Of a stretch of DNA of 64,000 nt, positions 34,409 through 47,600 are shown piece by piece. The notes beneath the pieces were generated by a model. The model was not told the DNA's origin. It ran no database searches and saw only the letters and a program-made list of their open reading frames with translations. The position numbers and the translations under genes are program-made. Source of the stretch: Daphnia carinata. Its lineage: Eukaryota. Each line of letters begins with the position of its first letter. Position 1 is the first letter of the stretch. Where the stretch lies: the NCBI RefSeq assembly GCF_022539665.2, contig NC_081331.1, positions 8,184,001 to 8,248,000 on the forward strand, read 5' to 3'.

Positions 34409-35525
34409 CCCAGACAACACGCGTGGTTTTTTTTCGGGATAAAAGCCGTCTTTTCGAAACCGAATTGTAGGACCGGAAAAAGACAGCTTTTATCAGGCCC
34501 AGACTGGTTCTTTTTTGCCAAAACGTGCGGTCCGAAGCGCAATAAAAGATGCGTTTTTTATCGGGCCTAAACTAGGCATATTCCACGACCTTACGCGGTT
34601 CGAAACGCTGTGAAAAAGACGGCTTTTACTGGGCCGAAATCAGGCTTTTTAACCAAAGTACACATGGTCTGAAACCCAGACAACACGCCTGGTTTTTTCC
34701 GGGATAAAAGCCGTCCTAAAAACCTTATATAGAACCGGAAAAAGAAAGCTTTTATCGGTCCCAAACTAGGCACATTTCACGACTTTATACGGTTTGAAAC
34801 CCTGTGAAAAAGACGGATTTATGCCTTATCAAAAAGTTTACGAGAATCAAGCTATTGAAATAAGTGTAAGCTAGAATAAAGGGAGTCAGGAAAACATATA
34901 TATTAATTTAGCATAAGAAATGCTCCAAACAAGCATTAGTTATGATAGGTCTTAAATATCAAATAATTCATTTCCTTAAAAAATTTTAAAATCATACCTC
35001 AGTTTAGAATCTTAAAAAAATTTAGCATAATTGGGTTAATTACATTTGATGGGAACTAGGGTTTACTTTAATTTCGACTACATCTTTATGTTTTTAAAAT
35101 CCTGTTTGGGATCTGTTGTCGAAAAAAACTTAAGTATTTCCCTACATTTGTGTTAAATTGCTCGGGAATACTAGCATAATTATGTGTAGAATGGTCTAGT
35201 GGAAAGAGCATTTGAAAGTGGTGCTGGAGACCCGAGTTCGATTCCAGCCACGGCAATCTTTTTTCACTTTGCCTTTAATGTACGGGCGGGCAAAAAACTT
35301 TTATTAGCCCAATAAAAGACGTCTTTGGGCCCGACCAAAAGACGTCTTTAGGACCACGTCACGGTACAAGAACCCTACAAAAGACCGTTTATAACCCAGG
35401 TTTGGCGGTCATAAATACCAGAATTGGTCGATTTTTGGCCCATTCTGAGACGTTTTTAATACGGTATGCACCGTCCCGTTGACTAGAAAAAAAGACGTCT
35501 TAAAGACGGAAAGGTGCTGTCTGGG
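34409..35525. mobile_element. Non-autonomous CMC/EnSpm-like element with an internal tRNA-like unit
   Basis: TIR CCCAGACAACAC...GTGCTGTCTGGG, 2-bp TSD TG, AAAAGACG subterminal repeats, duplicated left end at ~34675. Confidence 0.82.
35184..35255 (+). ncRNA. tRNA-like unit (possibly tRNA-His-derived), degenerate
   Basis: TGGTCTAGTGG A box, GAGTTCGATTCC B box, 3' CACGGCA, TTTTTT terminator. Confidence 0.6.
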
Positions 35526-36045
35526 TGCACTCTCTGCTTCTTTTTTTGGCGGTTTTTCTGTGGCCAAAATGATTACGATTTGCGCATGTTATTCCATGGG
35601 CAATACACGACTGAAAATTGAAGGGCATACAGTCAATGTTATATCTGTTAGGGGGTTTTCGGTTTTGAACTGTAATATTGCTGTTGGGGCTGGGACTCTA
35701 TCTGTTCTTTCCGTTTTCTTCTACGAAACTTATTGGGTATTTTTTTTAGTTCTTTCTTGACACCTCGTCTGTATGTCCAAGTGGAACTCCAGCATGGATT
35801 ACCACTTTTGATTTTTCGTGTGATCTAGGTAGAGAGCGTATTACCTCTATTCGGTTTAGTATGGATGTTGTTTTAAGGAGGGCTTGATGTTGGGCAGGAG
35901 AACTTGGGCGGATCAAATGGTCTCCTCCTGACATGATACTGATATTTAATGCAAAAAAGCCTACTTTACGTCGAGTTGCGGTATGGCCTATTTCCTGAGG
36001 TTTCATTAACTTGAATTATGTTCAGTATTTACCTTATATAGACCG

Positions 36046-36600
36046 AGAAGGGGTGGAGGGGACATGTTGGGTAGTTAGTCAACTTAGTGGTTAGCGTAAC
36101 TCGTCTCGCTCGTACAGGAAATTGTCACACTTGTACTGTACTTGCCAGACAGCAGCAAGTGATGACTTAGACAAAAAAGTACCTTAAATAAAAACCAAAA
36201 GGGGATTTAACTATTTTTGTTAAATTTTAACAGACTCACAAAAGACCACTAGGGAACCCAGGGAACTCATCTAACGGAGTTTTGCAGCCATATTTTATAT
36301 TATTTCGTGAATTATTCCACTTCCGCACTGTGTAGGCTATCTCCGTATATTGCTTAGGGTTAATTTCTTCTGATGATTTCTTTCCACGGACACAGCGTGG
36401 TCCAAGTAGCGAGTGACTCGTATCTCTGAAAAGATAACCACCGTTTCTTTCTTCTTTGTCACCCGAGACAATAACGCAATCGAAAAACACAATTAAAAGA
36501 CGTTCTGGGAAAGGTATGCCTGTAATTGGGCAACTCCTCCTAAAACTCCAACTTCTCCTAGTAAATCCTATAGAATCCCGACAAATCGTACAGTGAAACA
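36046..36600 (+). mobile_element. Possible polypurine tract plus 3' LTR remnant
   Basis: AGAAGGGGTGGAGGGGA followed by TGTT at 36065 and AACA at 36600. Weak. Confidence 0.25.
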
Positions 36601-37013
36601 CTACTATGAACACGCAGAAATAACGGTTTAAGCCTTACTCGTAGAGAACGCTTTGGGAAGTTTTTACTTTAGCTCCGTCATCGAACTACCACAGGTTGGA
36701 TTTGCATGTAACCAATAAAGCGGGCTTTGATGTGGAATGCTAATTACTTACTTTTTCTTGCTATCTAAGATCGCGAGATTGTTACTTGTTGATATAGGGT
36801 AAACTATACACGAAAACGAGTGTATTCGATATGAGGGGAAAAGTCATTTTTTCATTCCGACTTTTAAGGATTCCGAGTTTTATTTTTAAGGGGAATTCTG
36901 TAATAGTTGATTCAACAAAACTTTACAGGCTGAGAAAGTGATGTGGGCTGTTTTTTCTGTTTTTATTTTTTTTTTCACAAAAAGTTTTACTTTATTTGTT
37001 TTGAACAGGAGGC

Positions 37014-38853
37014 TCACATGGAAAACTTTTCAGGGGCGATCACTCGCTTGCACAATCGCGCAAGCAAGCCAGACATTTGCAGTAACGAACCCAGCCCTTG
37101 AGCTATTTTCATGTGCGTTAACCCTATTTCCTATAGTGCACATGGAAAATACAAAGGATTGTTGTAATTAAACCGAGTTATGCGTGTCCAATGGCTATAC
37201 GTACCTGGATAAACTCAAGCATAATGTATTCTGGAAGGGTGTGATTTCGGCACACTCGAAACACGCTGGATATGATGTCTTCAGCTGCATATCCCAATTC
37301 GTACAAATGCGCCATAATCTGCATCAATCACTGAACAATGAAACTTTTATGTTAATCGACACCATAACTGGTATACCGTATAGGCATCGTCGATATTTCC
37401 TTTTACGCAGTGGTCAATCATGTCTTTGATTAACATGGGATGAGGTTCATCGCATACCTAACGAAACAGAAACTATAGGATACCTGATTCACAAATTTAC
37501 AATAAAAGTCAATTTTTCACCTTAAAAACATTTTCACTGTTTACGTGACCAAAGCCTTGTACTGTTGCCTGCAGATTGTTTAATGCCTGGCATTTTTGGT
37601 ATTATTTTTGTTTAATAATGAATGCAAAAGAAGAGGAAGAGCAATGTAAAATTTCCTGGTTTCCAAACATACCTGTCGTAAGTCCCCTTGTGCCGTAAAG
37701 ACAATTGCTTCTAGTCCATCATCGGTGTGACTGACATGTTCTAGTTGACAAACTTCTATCATCTTCGCAAGAATTTGCGCATCACTTAATTTTCCATATC
37801 TAATCATGGCGCATCGACTCTACATATAACATATAATATAACGTGGATTTTTCCTGTACACTTCCAAAGTGATGTGCAACGCAATTAATTGTTAGTTAGT
37901 ACCTGAATCGGCTCTATAATTTTATCACTAGTATTACAGGCCAATGCAAACCGCGTTGTTTTACTATACAGTTCCATGGTACCTATATTGTTATGAAGGT
38001 ATTAGAAGTTTTTTTCCTATTAAAGTTATACTTATGAGTTTTATTTTTACGTCGGAGAGCCTGTTGGGCACCTTCAGTCATGCTTTCATTTTTAAAGATA
38101 AAAAAAAAAAAAAAAAGAAAGGAAAAAAAAGTGTGATTACATTTTACTAACAAACATTATACGTATGAATGTGAACCTGTCTGCTTCATCCAATATAATT
38201 ATTTTTTGTCTGCCTTTTGGTAAAGTAACTTTTTGTTGGGCAAACATTTTGATTTTGTTCCTCACAATATCAATTCCTCTTTCATTTGATGCATTAAGTT
38301 CTAATACAGCATCTTTGTAGTTTTGTCCTGGAGGAGACAACAAACATTACGAAAAAAACAATGAAAGTATTTTAGAAAATAAAATACCAAGCAGGGTGCG
38401 AGCTAGGCAAAGAATTGTGGTTGTTTTCCCCACACCAGGAGGCCCCTATTAAGTCAACATTTGCCTAGTTATAGATTAGATAAAAAATGCTAGCTCATCG
38501 CTCATACAGCAATTATGATATTCGGAGTATTCCCTTCTCTTGCAAAAACTTCCAATCTGCCAACTGCATCTTCATTGCCAACAATTTCTTTGAAAGTTAC
38601 TGGGCGATACTTTTCTACCCTGTTACAAAAATAAATTTACTGTAGTAATATAAATATAGAAATAAAAATAAAGCCACAAAAACTCTTTGGTTCATCCTGA
38701 ACCCTTTAATTGGCTTTAGTCATGCCAATTTAACAAAACACTAGCCAACTTTTCTTATCTTATTAATTTTGATTACCATGGCATATTGTCTTTCTTCCCA
38801 CTAATTTTCGTTGGATCGACTGACAGGGAGTTTTCTTTAACGTCTATTTCCAT
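37014..38853 (-). CDS. RFC2: Replication factor C subunit 2 (RFC40), multi-exon
   Basis: Spliced: MEIDVK...MPW|VEKYRP...|GPPGVGKTT...|[29 protein letters not shown]...[22 protein letters not shown]...IEPIQ|SRC...AQGDLRQ|ALNNLQ...|VCDEPHP...SGLLARLC...FSM*. Confidence 0.95.
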
Positions 38854-41800
38854 TTCGTGCAAGCTTAAGGAGTATGTCCACACCTTCAATGTCCATAAAC
38901 ATTCAAATTCAACTACAGAACCTACAGAAGAAAATTAGTCACTGGTAAGAGAACAGTGAGAGTTGCAGCTGCTTGAGAGAGGAAAACAACGTTGGAGAAT
39001 AACAAAGCTTAGTGGCGGGAACCGCGGCTTACTTTATGCAACATGGCCAGGATAGTTTTTTTCCTTCATAAATATCTGTTTGTTTGTTTTTTCTTCTTCG
39101 TCGTTTCGGAACTATAACTGTTGTAAATTTGTAACATTGTTTTAAGGCTCCAACTTTCATAGAAGTTCGTCGACTTGAAACTTTCGCTAATTTAAATCAA
39201 TTCGATAAACGGGTAGGGTTCGCCCCTTGTCCATCGGGTAGCTTTTTAGCTTATCGATTGGTTCGTGGATCATGCATTCTTTTGGGTTTCGGGGCGTTTC
39301 CTGTCCGTAAGCAATTGGATTGTTTCGTAGTCCAAGCTAATGCCTGAAAAAAATAAACCGGGTACAAAAACCCGATTTCAAACCCCGATTGCACCGCTTT
39401 CTGTTTCGTTTGCCCCGACTTCTACGCGATTTACTTGGGTATTGAATACAAAGTTCAAATTCCAAAAATAGGAAAGGGATGCACATTTTTCAATGCGTGA
39501 GTTGGTGGTTCTACAATAGGCTGATGACTATACATTACCATAATCAACAGAACTTTGTTTCTCTGATAATCTGCATCTGTTCATGATTAAGACACAATGG
39601 ACGTGGTGCGGAGTAGGAGGCTTTATGAATATAGAAGAGTGAACGGCAGGAACGGGGTTTTCCTATTTGCACTACTATATTTTTCACTTTCTGATTTTTG
39701 TTCCATTTACTCATTCTTTAATGTAACGAGATCAACTAACTACAAACTGTCAACTTTAATTCATGATTAAACATCTGCAATATAGTTCTGTGACAAATGA
39801 TGACTAGGGCATCTCAAATTATCGCATCGTCCGTTTCCCTGAATTTGGAATGATTCGCGAATGTGACGCAGTGATGACCCACAGCCACGACGCATCAATC
39901 CAGGAAATGCGAAGTTTCTGCGTAAATCTAAAAATCGGAAAAAGGTAATCAAGTAGCTGTTTCGAAATCAATCAGTTGCTCCCAGTCTATCAGTTGCCTT
40001 CTTAGCGTAATCACCTCAAATCTAGTGCTCCTTTCTTCTACGTTCTCAATGGAGTTTTCTTGCTATTTCCACTTTTCTCTACTTCTCTTTTTGTCTCATC
40101 TCCTAATTTGGTATGTTAGTCGTTAATTTTTTAATTATATCAACCTTAGACTTACCCCAAAATATATCGGCATTGTTGACAAAACGCCTTCACTTCCCTT
40201 TTTAATTTTTTTATTAATTTGGTAAGAAGTCCACCTTCCCAAAGAGGGTGGAGTCAAACCTTTTACACTAGCATAGAAAAAACTTTATTCAAAAGATAAC
40301 AATATAAGAATGGTACCCTTCTACTTCAATCTTCTACTTTCCCTGACCACCCACTAGTTGCGTTTCTGGAAACAGACCTCATATAAAATAGCATGAAATA
40401 CATAATATCTATGTATCCTGTCGAAAAAATTTACATTTTACTCATTCCCCACCTTTTACATTGCGTCTATGGAGCGATTTTTCTTTTATATCGAATTACT
40501 CGTCACAACAATTTAAGTACAAAAACAAAACAAAAAATAATAATTCTGAACACTCCTCGATAAGGTACTGTTATAGGATAGGTGGCATATGTTTGTATGC
40601 ATAATACCTTAACGGCATGTATGCATTCAGTTGTAGATTAGTTTCCTGTTGCAAGCCACCATTTCCTTTGGTAACCTAACCTACCAAAATGAACTCCTTT
40701 TTAGTTTGTGCATACAATTAGAGCTAAAAATTTCGCGACCTTCTCAATCTTTTCTCACATTCAGTATATGCATGGATTGTGCACTTTGGTTGCGGATAGT
40801 AGAAATGATGCCTTTTTTTAATATGCATTTCGCGAGATAATATTAAGTTGTTCGTTTTGCCATAAAATAACACTATCTACATCAGCAACAATATCGTTAC
40901 ATTAGTTACTCTCCGACGGCAGAATACATATTATAGCCTACATACAAAATAATACATTTCAAAGAATTTCTTAACTCTAGCACAGTAATAAAGGCCCTAG
41001 TTTGCAACTTCCAAATTGATAATTCGGTCCCAACAGAAACTAAGAATGAAATTAATTAAGGTTGTTCAGCTTTTGTCGCCAGTAATTAAAGTTAAGATAC
41101 CCTCGACGCAAATTCTAATTGCCAACTAAATTTGTTTTTCTATCAGAGAATTTTGTATTGATTCTAAAACCGACCGTAAATAACTACGGCATTTTCGAGA
41201 TTTCCTTTACTGTAAGCTGTCTTCGAAGTTTGAAATGTAAATTTTTGTTTTGTTTAAATTACAAATAGCCTCCGAATCACGGCTATTTTCTGATTGTATA
41301 GCCTCTCGAATCCGGGTTGTAAATCTAACACTTTTCAAAGGGAAAATAAATTTTTTTTTTAATTTTCAGGTTCGTTTTTTCCTAATCGCTAAGTAACTGA
41401 GACCACCAAATGCACATTGAAAAGTTACCTTTGACTTCATCCTTTGAAATTCCGTCTGGCATTATTTTGAAACACGTATATAATTGCTTGAAAAATGTTC
41501 AAAATATTTTCTCTAATTAAGGTTTTCTAGGGATGGAATCTAGGCCCCACAGAGCTACAATATCTCGATGTTTGAATATAAAATCGTTGTGTTAAGCAAG
41601 CATGTATACCGGATGGTTGTCTGCTGGAAAGTTGCTGCGATCGTTGTATTCGAAATCAAATGGGGAAGAGGCAGAAGCAAGGCAGCACCAGGTAAATCCC
41701 TACTACAATATCCAAAAGAAGTCGACAAAACTAAAAACTACTGAAGTTTTCATAAAATGTTCCAAAGAAATATGTGTTCGAAAAAGGGACAACGGTTTTC

Positions 41801-44650
41801 TGAAATATTAACCGTTTCTTGCCGTTTCCGAGTTGTAGGACAAAGTAAAGTTAGTTAATTGTCCGCACGAACGTTAAATGCCCAAATTTCAATTAGCATT
41901 TCCCCAGACATTTTCAATATATCATAAATTTTCTTATCTGAAATACACATTTCTACATTGGCAATGACATTGTTGTATCACGTCATTTAAAATTTTCTTT
42001 TCAACTACATTGAATGCACGAATTAAAGGCAATTTTTGATCTGGAACAGGCAGGAATCTGCACTGTGTCTGAAACGGCGTGTTCGCAATATTCGTTCCAA
42101 TGGCATATGACTATCTGTTCTTTGCAGTCGATGATAATTTTGATTTTCGCTGCTTCGATCGAAGCCAAGATTAGTTAAGGCCTGTTGAATTTAACGTGTC
42201 CGTTCCTTAAAATCTGCTAGAGTTTGCACGAACTTTTTGAAATGGCATACAACGTTTTCTTGGTAAGCCCGGTTCATCATGATCATGATCATCATCACAT
42301 ACTGTACCTGTTCTCTCCATTATATAAGTCCGCATTAACTTCGCCCTTACAGCAAAGCAATCTTTATACGTTGAAATGCATAATCTCTATTTCCAGCGCA
42401 GTTGTCGTTCGACAGGGCATAGCCCATACATTCGTATTTCGAACGATTATTATACAGTAAAACCGCGCGATGCATAAAAAACATAGACACATTTGAGGCT
42501 AAGGCTGCTTCCTTTTCTAGAAAAAACCAATCATTTCGATGCAATTAACAGAGACATTTCAGCGCAATTGGGATTTTATTTTATTGCGACATCGTTTGAA
42601 CTTTACATTTGACAGTGTTCGGTGGCACTTGACTTTCTTTTAATAAGGGCAAGATTGAAAAAGTAAAAATCCTTACTGTAATTAGTCAACTCGTGCAATT
42701 CGTTCCGTTGCCATCTTGCATTAGCAAATACGAACTTTACCAATTGGAAATCATAGACATTTTTATATGTTGACCTATCGTTGAGCGTAGCAGCGAAAAC
42801 TTACGCGGATTTGTGCTATGCATCCAAAAAAAATTTGAAAATTTCTTGTTTTAAATTTTTTTTTGTGTGTCTACACAATTTATCGTCAGATTCAAGATTA
42901 TTGCAATAAATTCTTCAGATCCACACTTTTGTGGACGTCACCACCGCAGTCCAATGACAACGATTTCATTTAATCACTTAATTTCCTCGCAGTTAGCGGT
43001 TTGAAATCGACTGATTTTTTTTTTGGCATCGCGTCAAATCGAATGCTGAAAGCTGGTTCGTAGGCACGTTCGCAAAAAATGTTCCACGTTTTGGCCCCTC
43101 CTATTTCTTTATCGTCTTTCCAAGTGATGCTGAAAGGCAACAAGCTCAACAAAACATAAAAACTCGTTAACTAGGCTTTCGTCTTTCGAAACACTAGATA
43201 TCGAGGACGCAGGAAGAGATCTAAATAGGGGAAGCGCTATAGGGAAGTTGGCATTTCGTGTATATCTGAATCATGTTTTTGTAATGCAACGAATCATATT
43301 TCTTACCCGGTGCTGACGATCAAATTTGCGATATAGAGTATTCTGATAGTTCTATTCATAATAATCTCAAGTAAGATGTAGAATCGAAACATTAAGAGGA
43401 GCCTTCCATTAAAACCATTGAACTAGCTCTCGATTTCGATTTGAGTTTTTGTTTGCAACCATGCTGGCATTTAATTTAGAAGCGACAATATATCAAACGC
43501 AGATGCTCTATTTATAACTAAAATGTGAGCATTGCATGAACTTTGTTTGCCATGGTTTTCGGAGTTAATAGAAACGTAGTTAACTTCAATTACATTGAAC
43601 CTTAAAAAAGGACGTACCAAAAGGCTTATTATTTATTCTTGGGAGTTAAACCTATGGCAGTTAATTAGGAATGCAAAACACATCTGCCCACACAGACTCC
43701 AAAAAAGACAAAAACTTTTCTTGATTTGGTCTTGCAGCTTCGTCCTTGCTGCCATTTTTGGTCAAAGCATTAACCTTCGTCCATAACTTACTCGACGTGG
43801 CCCTCACTTCAGTATATGTTCCTGCGTTTACACCGACGAGAGAGATAAATGTCAGCACGAAGTTTTCCGTATTTCCTTAAAAACATAGGGAACCTTGAGC
43901 TGCATGCCCTTGAATTCGGCTATGTTCGAAGAAGAGAGAACAACGCAAGCGGCGGTACAGAATGTGAATTTTAAGTTTTTTAGGACGGACCGAACAGACC
44001 TGCTGTAGCGCTCGCCGCCACCATGGCCCTGCTTTGGTCAACTGATATGTAACGCCCAGTTCTGGTCAACAGAATTATTGTTTGATTACTTTCTGACAAC
44101 CATACGCTGCATTATCGAAAAATTTTTATCTACTGAGTTCTTATGCCACCTTTCCTTTCCTTCCTTCGATGAGCGATAAAAGCAAGCTTAGAAATTGATA
44201 TTTTCTTACTTTGCTTTTACACATTCACCCCAAACCACATGCTGATGGGTGTCAATAGTAAATATGGGATAAACGGATAACTATTCACAAGTGTATAACC
44301 ATCAACAAAAACGTGCGCGCGACACTTTAACCATTGACATTCAAAAACTGGTTTAGCAAGCCAGTGGCAGTCACGTGGGAAGAGGAAAATAAAAATAATA
44401 ATAAAAAAAAAATGAAGAAAAAAAAATTTGAAAATACACTAGTCAGAGGCCACTGGTATCCACTCCTAAACTAGTGGGGACTTGTGTTGGTTGTGAGAGA
44501 AAGTTGTGGGGTTAGACATGCCATTAGCTGGTAGTTTCATTTTCACACTTAATAATGATTTTTTTTTTCAATTGTTTTAATGTAAATATGTTGCGAAAGG
44601 TACAGAAGACTTGACAACCAATAAGAATAGGATGACGTTTTGTGGGATTC

Positions 44651-47600
44651 TCATTTGAACGGGCCGGGTGTTGATTGGCGTCGGGACCTATATGTGCTGC
44701 TTGTTGATGGCGGGTTAGTGCCAGCATTGTCACCATCGACTTTCGTCCCAAACTTTTCAAAAGCGCGCGCCACCGATCCAATGCAAACGCGATTCCATGG
44801 CTGGGCCAATAAGGATATCTCTGACTGAACGCTAAAAGAACGTGGCCGTCCCGTCCAGCTCACTGGTGGACTGGTCAGGGCTCCTTCGATCAAATCCGCT
44901 TCCGGTTCAGTTCCGTTACCACAATCACGGGCACCCGCTGTTTTCTTGCGCCGCGGCTCGCGCGTTGCTTCGAGGCCTTCATCACTGGACCGATCACTCA
45001 GGTCGCTACTCGAACTGCAGCCCGTATCACTAGAGACGGACCCAGATCTTAGTCCATAATCCTCCTCCACTTCTGGCGCAGTTATTGTTTTCTCCTTCTG
45101 CTCCTCCACTGTTTTATCCTCAGATCTTTTAGTCATCCCGCCTTCCGGTGCTCCTAATGGAGTCGGTTCCTCGTTTCGAGGACTGCAAATGGCGTCTTCT
45201 GGTAAACGCGGAAGAGCCCGAATGTCCCACGACAAGTGATGCGACTTGGGCCGCATGGTAACTTCAGCATTCCGTTGAATTCCTTGGGTAGTAGGTGCCA
45301 ACGGCGAACTGGTTGGAACTGCCGCCATCCCTGACACTAGGCTTCTTTCGAAAACCTGAATAGATGTCGACACAGGCTTGAAAACGGTTTTTTTCTTCTC
45401 AAGCTTGCCGGTAGAAACCGGCCCGGAAGGCGGCGCAGTCGATTCCTGGTGATGAATGAAGCCTTCCGACAATTTCTTCACGCTGTTAGGTCTAGGCACA
45501 GCCGGTTCGGCGACAGCTTTGGCTGTGGCATTCACGGTGACGCCAGGTAGTTGACATTGGTTGAAACTTGTGATTAACTCGCTAACTGATAGCTTGATCT
45601 CGGGTTGTTTGCCTGTGGTCGAAGGGCTAATGATAGAAGAAACGTCTTCTTGCCTCGATCCGCATGCCCAAGAGGCTCGTCTTCGGTTCAGACATGACGT
45701 GAGCAGTTGGCGTTGGCTGTCGGACAGCGAAGCGGTATCAATGGATGTCACACTCATCCTAGCAGGCGTGGGTGAGTCAGTGGGTTTTATAACTGCTGGT
45801 GACGGGTTTGGAGGGGAAAGCAGAGCGGGGGCCGTATCAGACCCAAGTGCCGTCGTCGCAGATTCATCGGTTGGCAAAGGACTAGTAGAAGTGGGTTGGT
45901 CTTTAAGACTGAAGGAAGAAGGAAATGCAAAATTTTTACGTGCGGAATAACCCGCAATGATATTGGGACTGACAGGAGATTTACTAGCCGCTGACGAAGT
46001 GTTTCCGTCTGCCGTGTTGGCATTTGACGTGGGCCAATTCCACGGAGATTTACCTAAAGATGGCGACAGAGCTTCGGTGAGCGACGTTATTTTTGGGACA
46101 GGTGGGCCATTTGAGCTGAGTCGCTTCAACGATGACGCCACCGCGTCCGCGCGACTAAGCACAGGCTCATGTTTCACTTCTTCCTGTGGCTGGATAGTGT
46201 CACAAGTGTCATTCGTCGTCGTTTCGTTACAGCTGGCCGGTGCGTCGGACACAGCAGCATCGGCATCAGCTTTATGGGTGGCCGAATTGAGCTCTTGCGT
46301 TGGGGTCTCTGAACGGGAATTGGACGGTGTGATTTCATCGACGAAATCGGCCGTGATCGTTTTCTCTCTTTCGTCGCACAACGTTTCGGTGCTCTCCGAC
46401 AGAACTTTGTTTAATTCTAGAATCTCCTCTACCGTGATCCCTTCTGCTGGTGACGTAAGCTCGGTAGAAAGCGTGCCAAGAGTTGGCAGAATTCTTGGAA
46501 GTTCGTCCTTATCCAGAGTTGGAATTGTGAAACACTCGAGCGACTGCGTTGCCGGCAGAATGTCAAAGTAGCCTGAAGAATCTTGCACGGGCATGGCAGG
46601 ACTTTGCACGGTTAGGAGGCTAAGAACCTCGTGTGACTTTGAGAGGTTGCGCAAAGCATGAAGGCGCTCCCTGGATTGGGCTGCAGTCGATCTGAATTCT
46701 TCGCAAAGATGGTCGCGCGATCGCGATACACTTAAGCGCATCTCGCAGAGGCGCTCGCGCGATTTCGACGTGCTCTTGCGCAAGTTGGAGGCGGCCACCC
46801 TTTCATAAAGGACCTCACGCGACTTCGACATGGCGCGTAGCAGCGAACGCGCAGTTGTCGACGGTGACGACCCGTGTCCGTTAATTGAGGTGGCCGAACG
46901 GGGACACGCTAATGTCGCAGCACCTGAAGGACCATTGTGAAGCGCTGAATTTTTCCGTTGACTCTCCGACGAAATGGTCTCCCTTTGATGACTTGCTACG
47001 TTTTTCCACGAAGTCAACCACGGATGCTTTAGACATTCTTTCACTGTAGGCCGACAGCTGAAATAAATTTTCCACAAAATTTTTTAACTTACTTTTTTCT
47101 TTCACGAACAAAAAAAAAACATGTCAGCGGCTTAAACTTATTCTTTTCGCTACAGCGTGGCGTTGAGCATGAAATTTTATAGTAGAACGATTCACAAAGA
47201 TTTGCGAGTGCCTTGGACTACTCGCGCCTCTCTCATTCCAAGCTAATTTTGGAATTTCCTGTAGATTGTTTGTAACGTCTTACTACGACTCTTGGCTGTG
47301 CGGGTGAAATGCTAACGCAGTGGACCTAACTGCCTTGCACTGATCAAGTCACGGATCAAGGCTTTGCTAGCAGTCTGAGCAAAAACGTTTAAGCGTTAGC
47401 AACTTTTGTACACAGCAATTAAAAGGAATTTTGTTTATCCAATACGTGCATGGAACTCAAACTACTTACTTCCCTCTGACGACGGACCACATGAACCCTA
47501 TGAAATAATATGGGCGCTAATTTAAAAGTTGTTCTTGGCAACCAGCGAAATCAATGCGTGTTAAGCCGACGCCGCCCACGAGATATTCCGTGGGAAGTCA

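Noticed and set aside
44016..44053. Perfect Kozak GCCGCCACCATGG
   Set aside because: Opens only a 9-codon frame; likely chance.
39500..44500. Hidden gene between RFC2 and the kinase
   Set aside because: Only short ORFs with no recognisable domain or coherent exon chain; treated as intergenic or 3'UTR.
45561..46571. Plus-strand ORFs of 129 and 204 aa
   Set aside because: Antisense shadows of the kinase tail exon.
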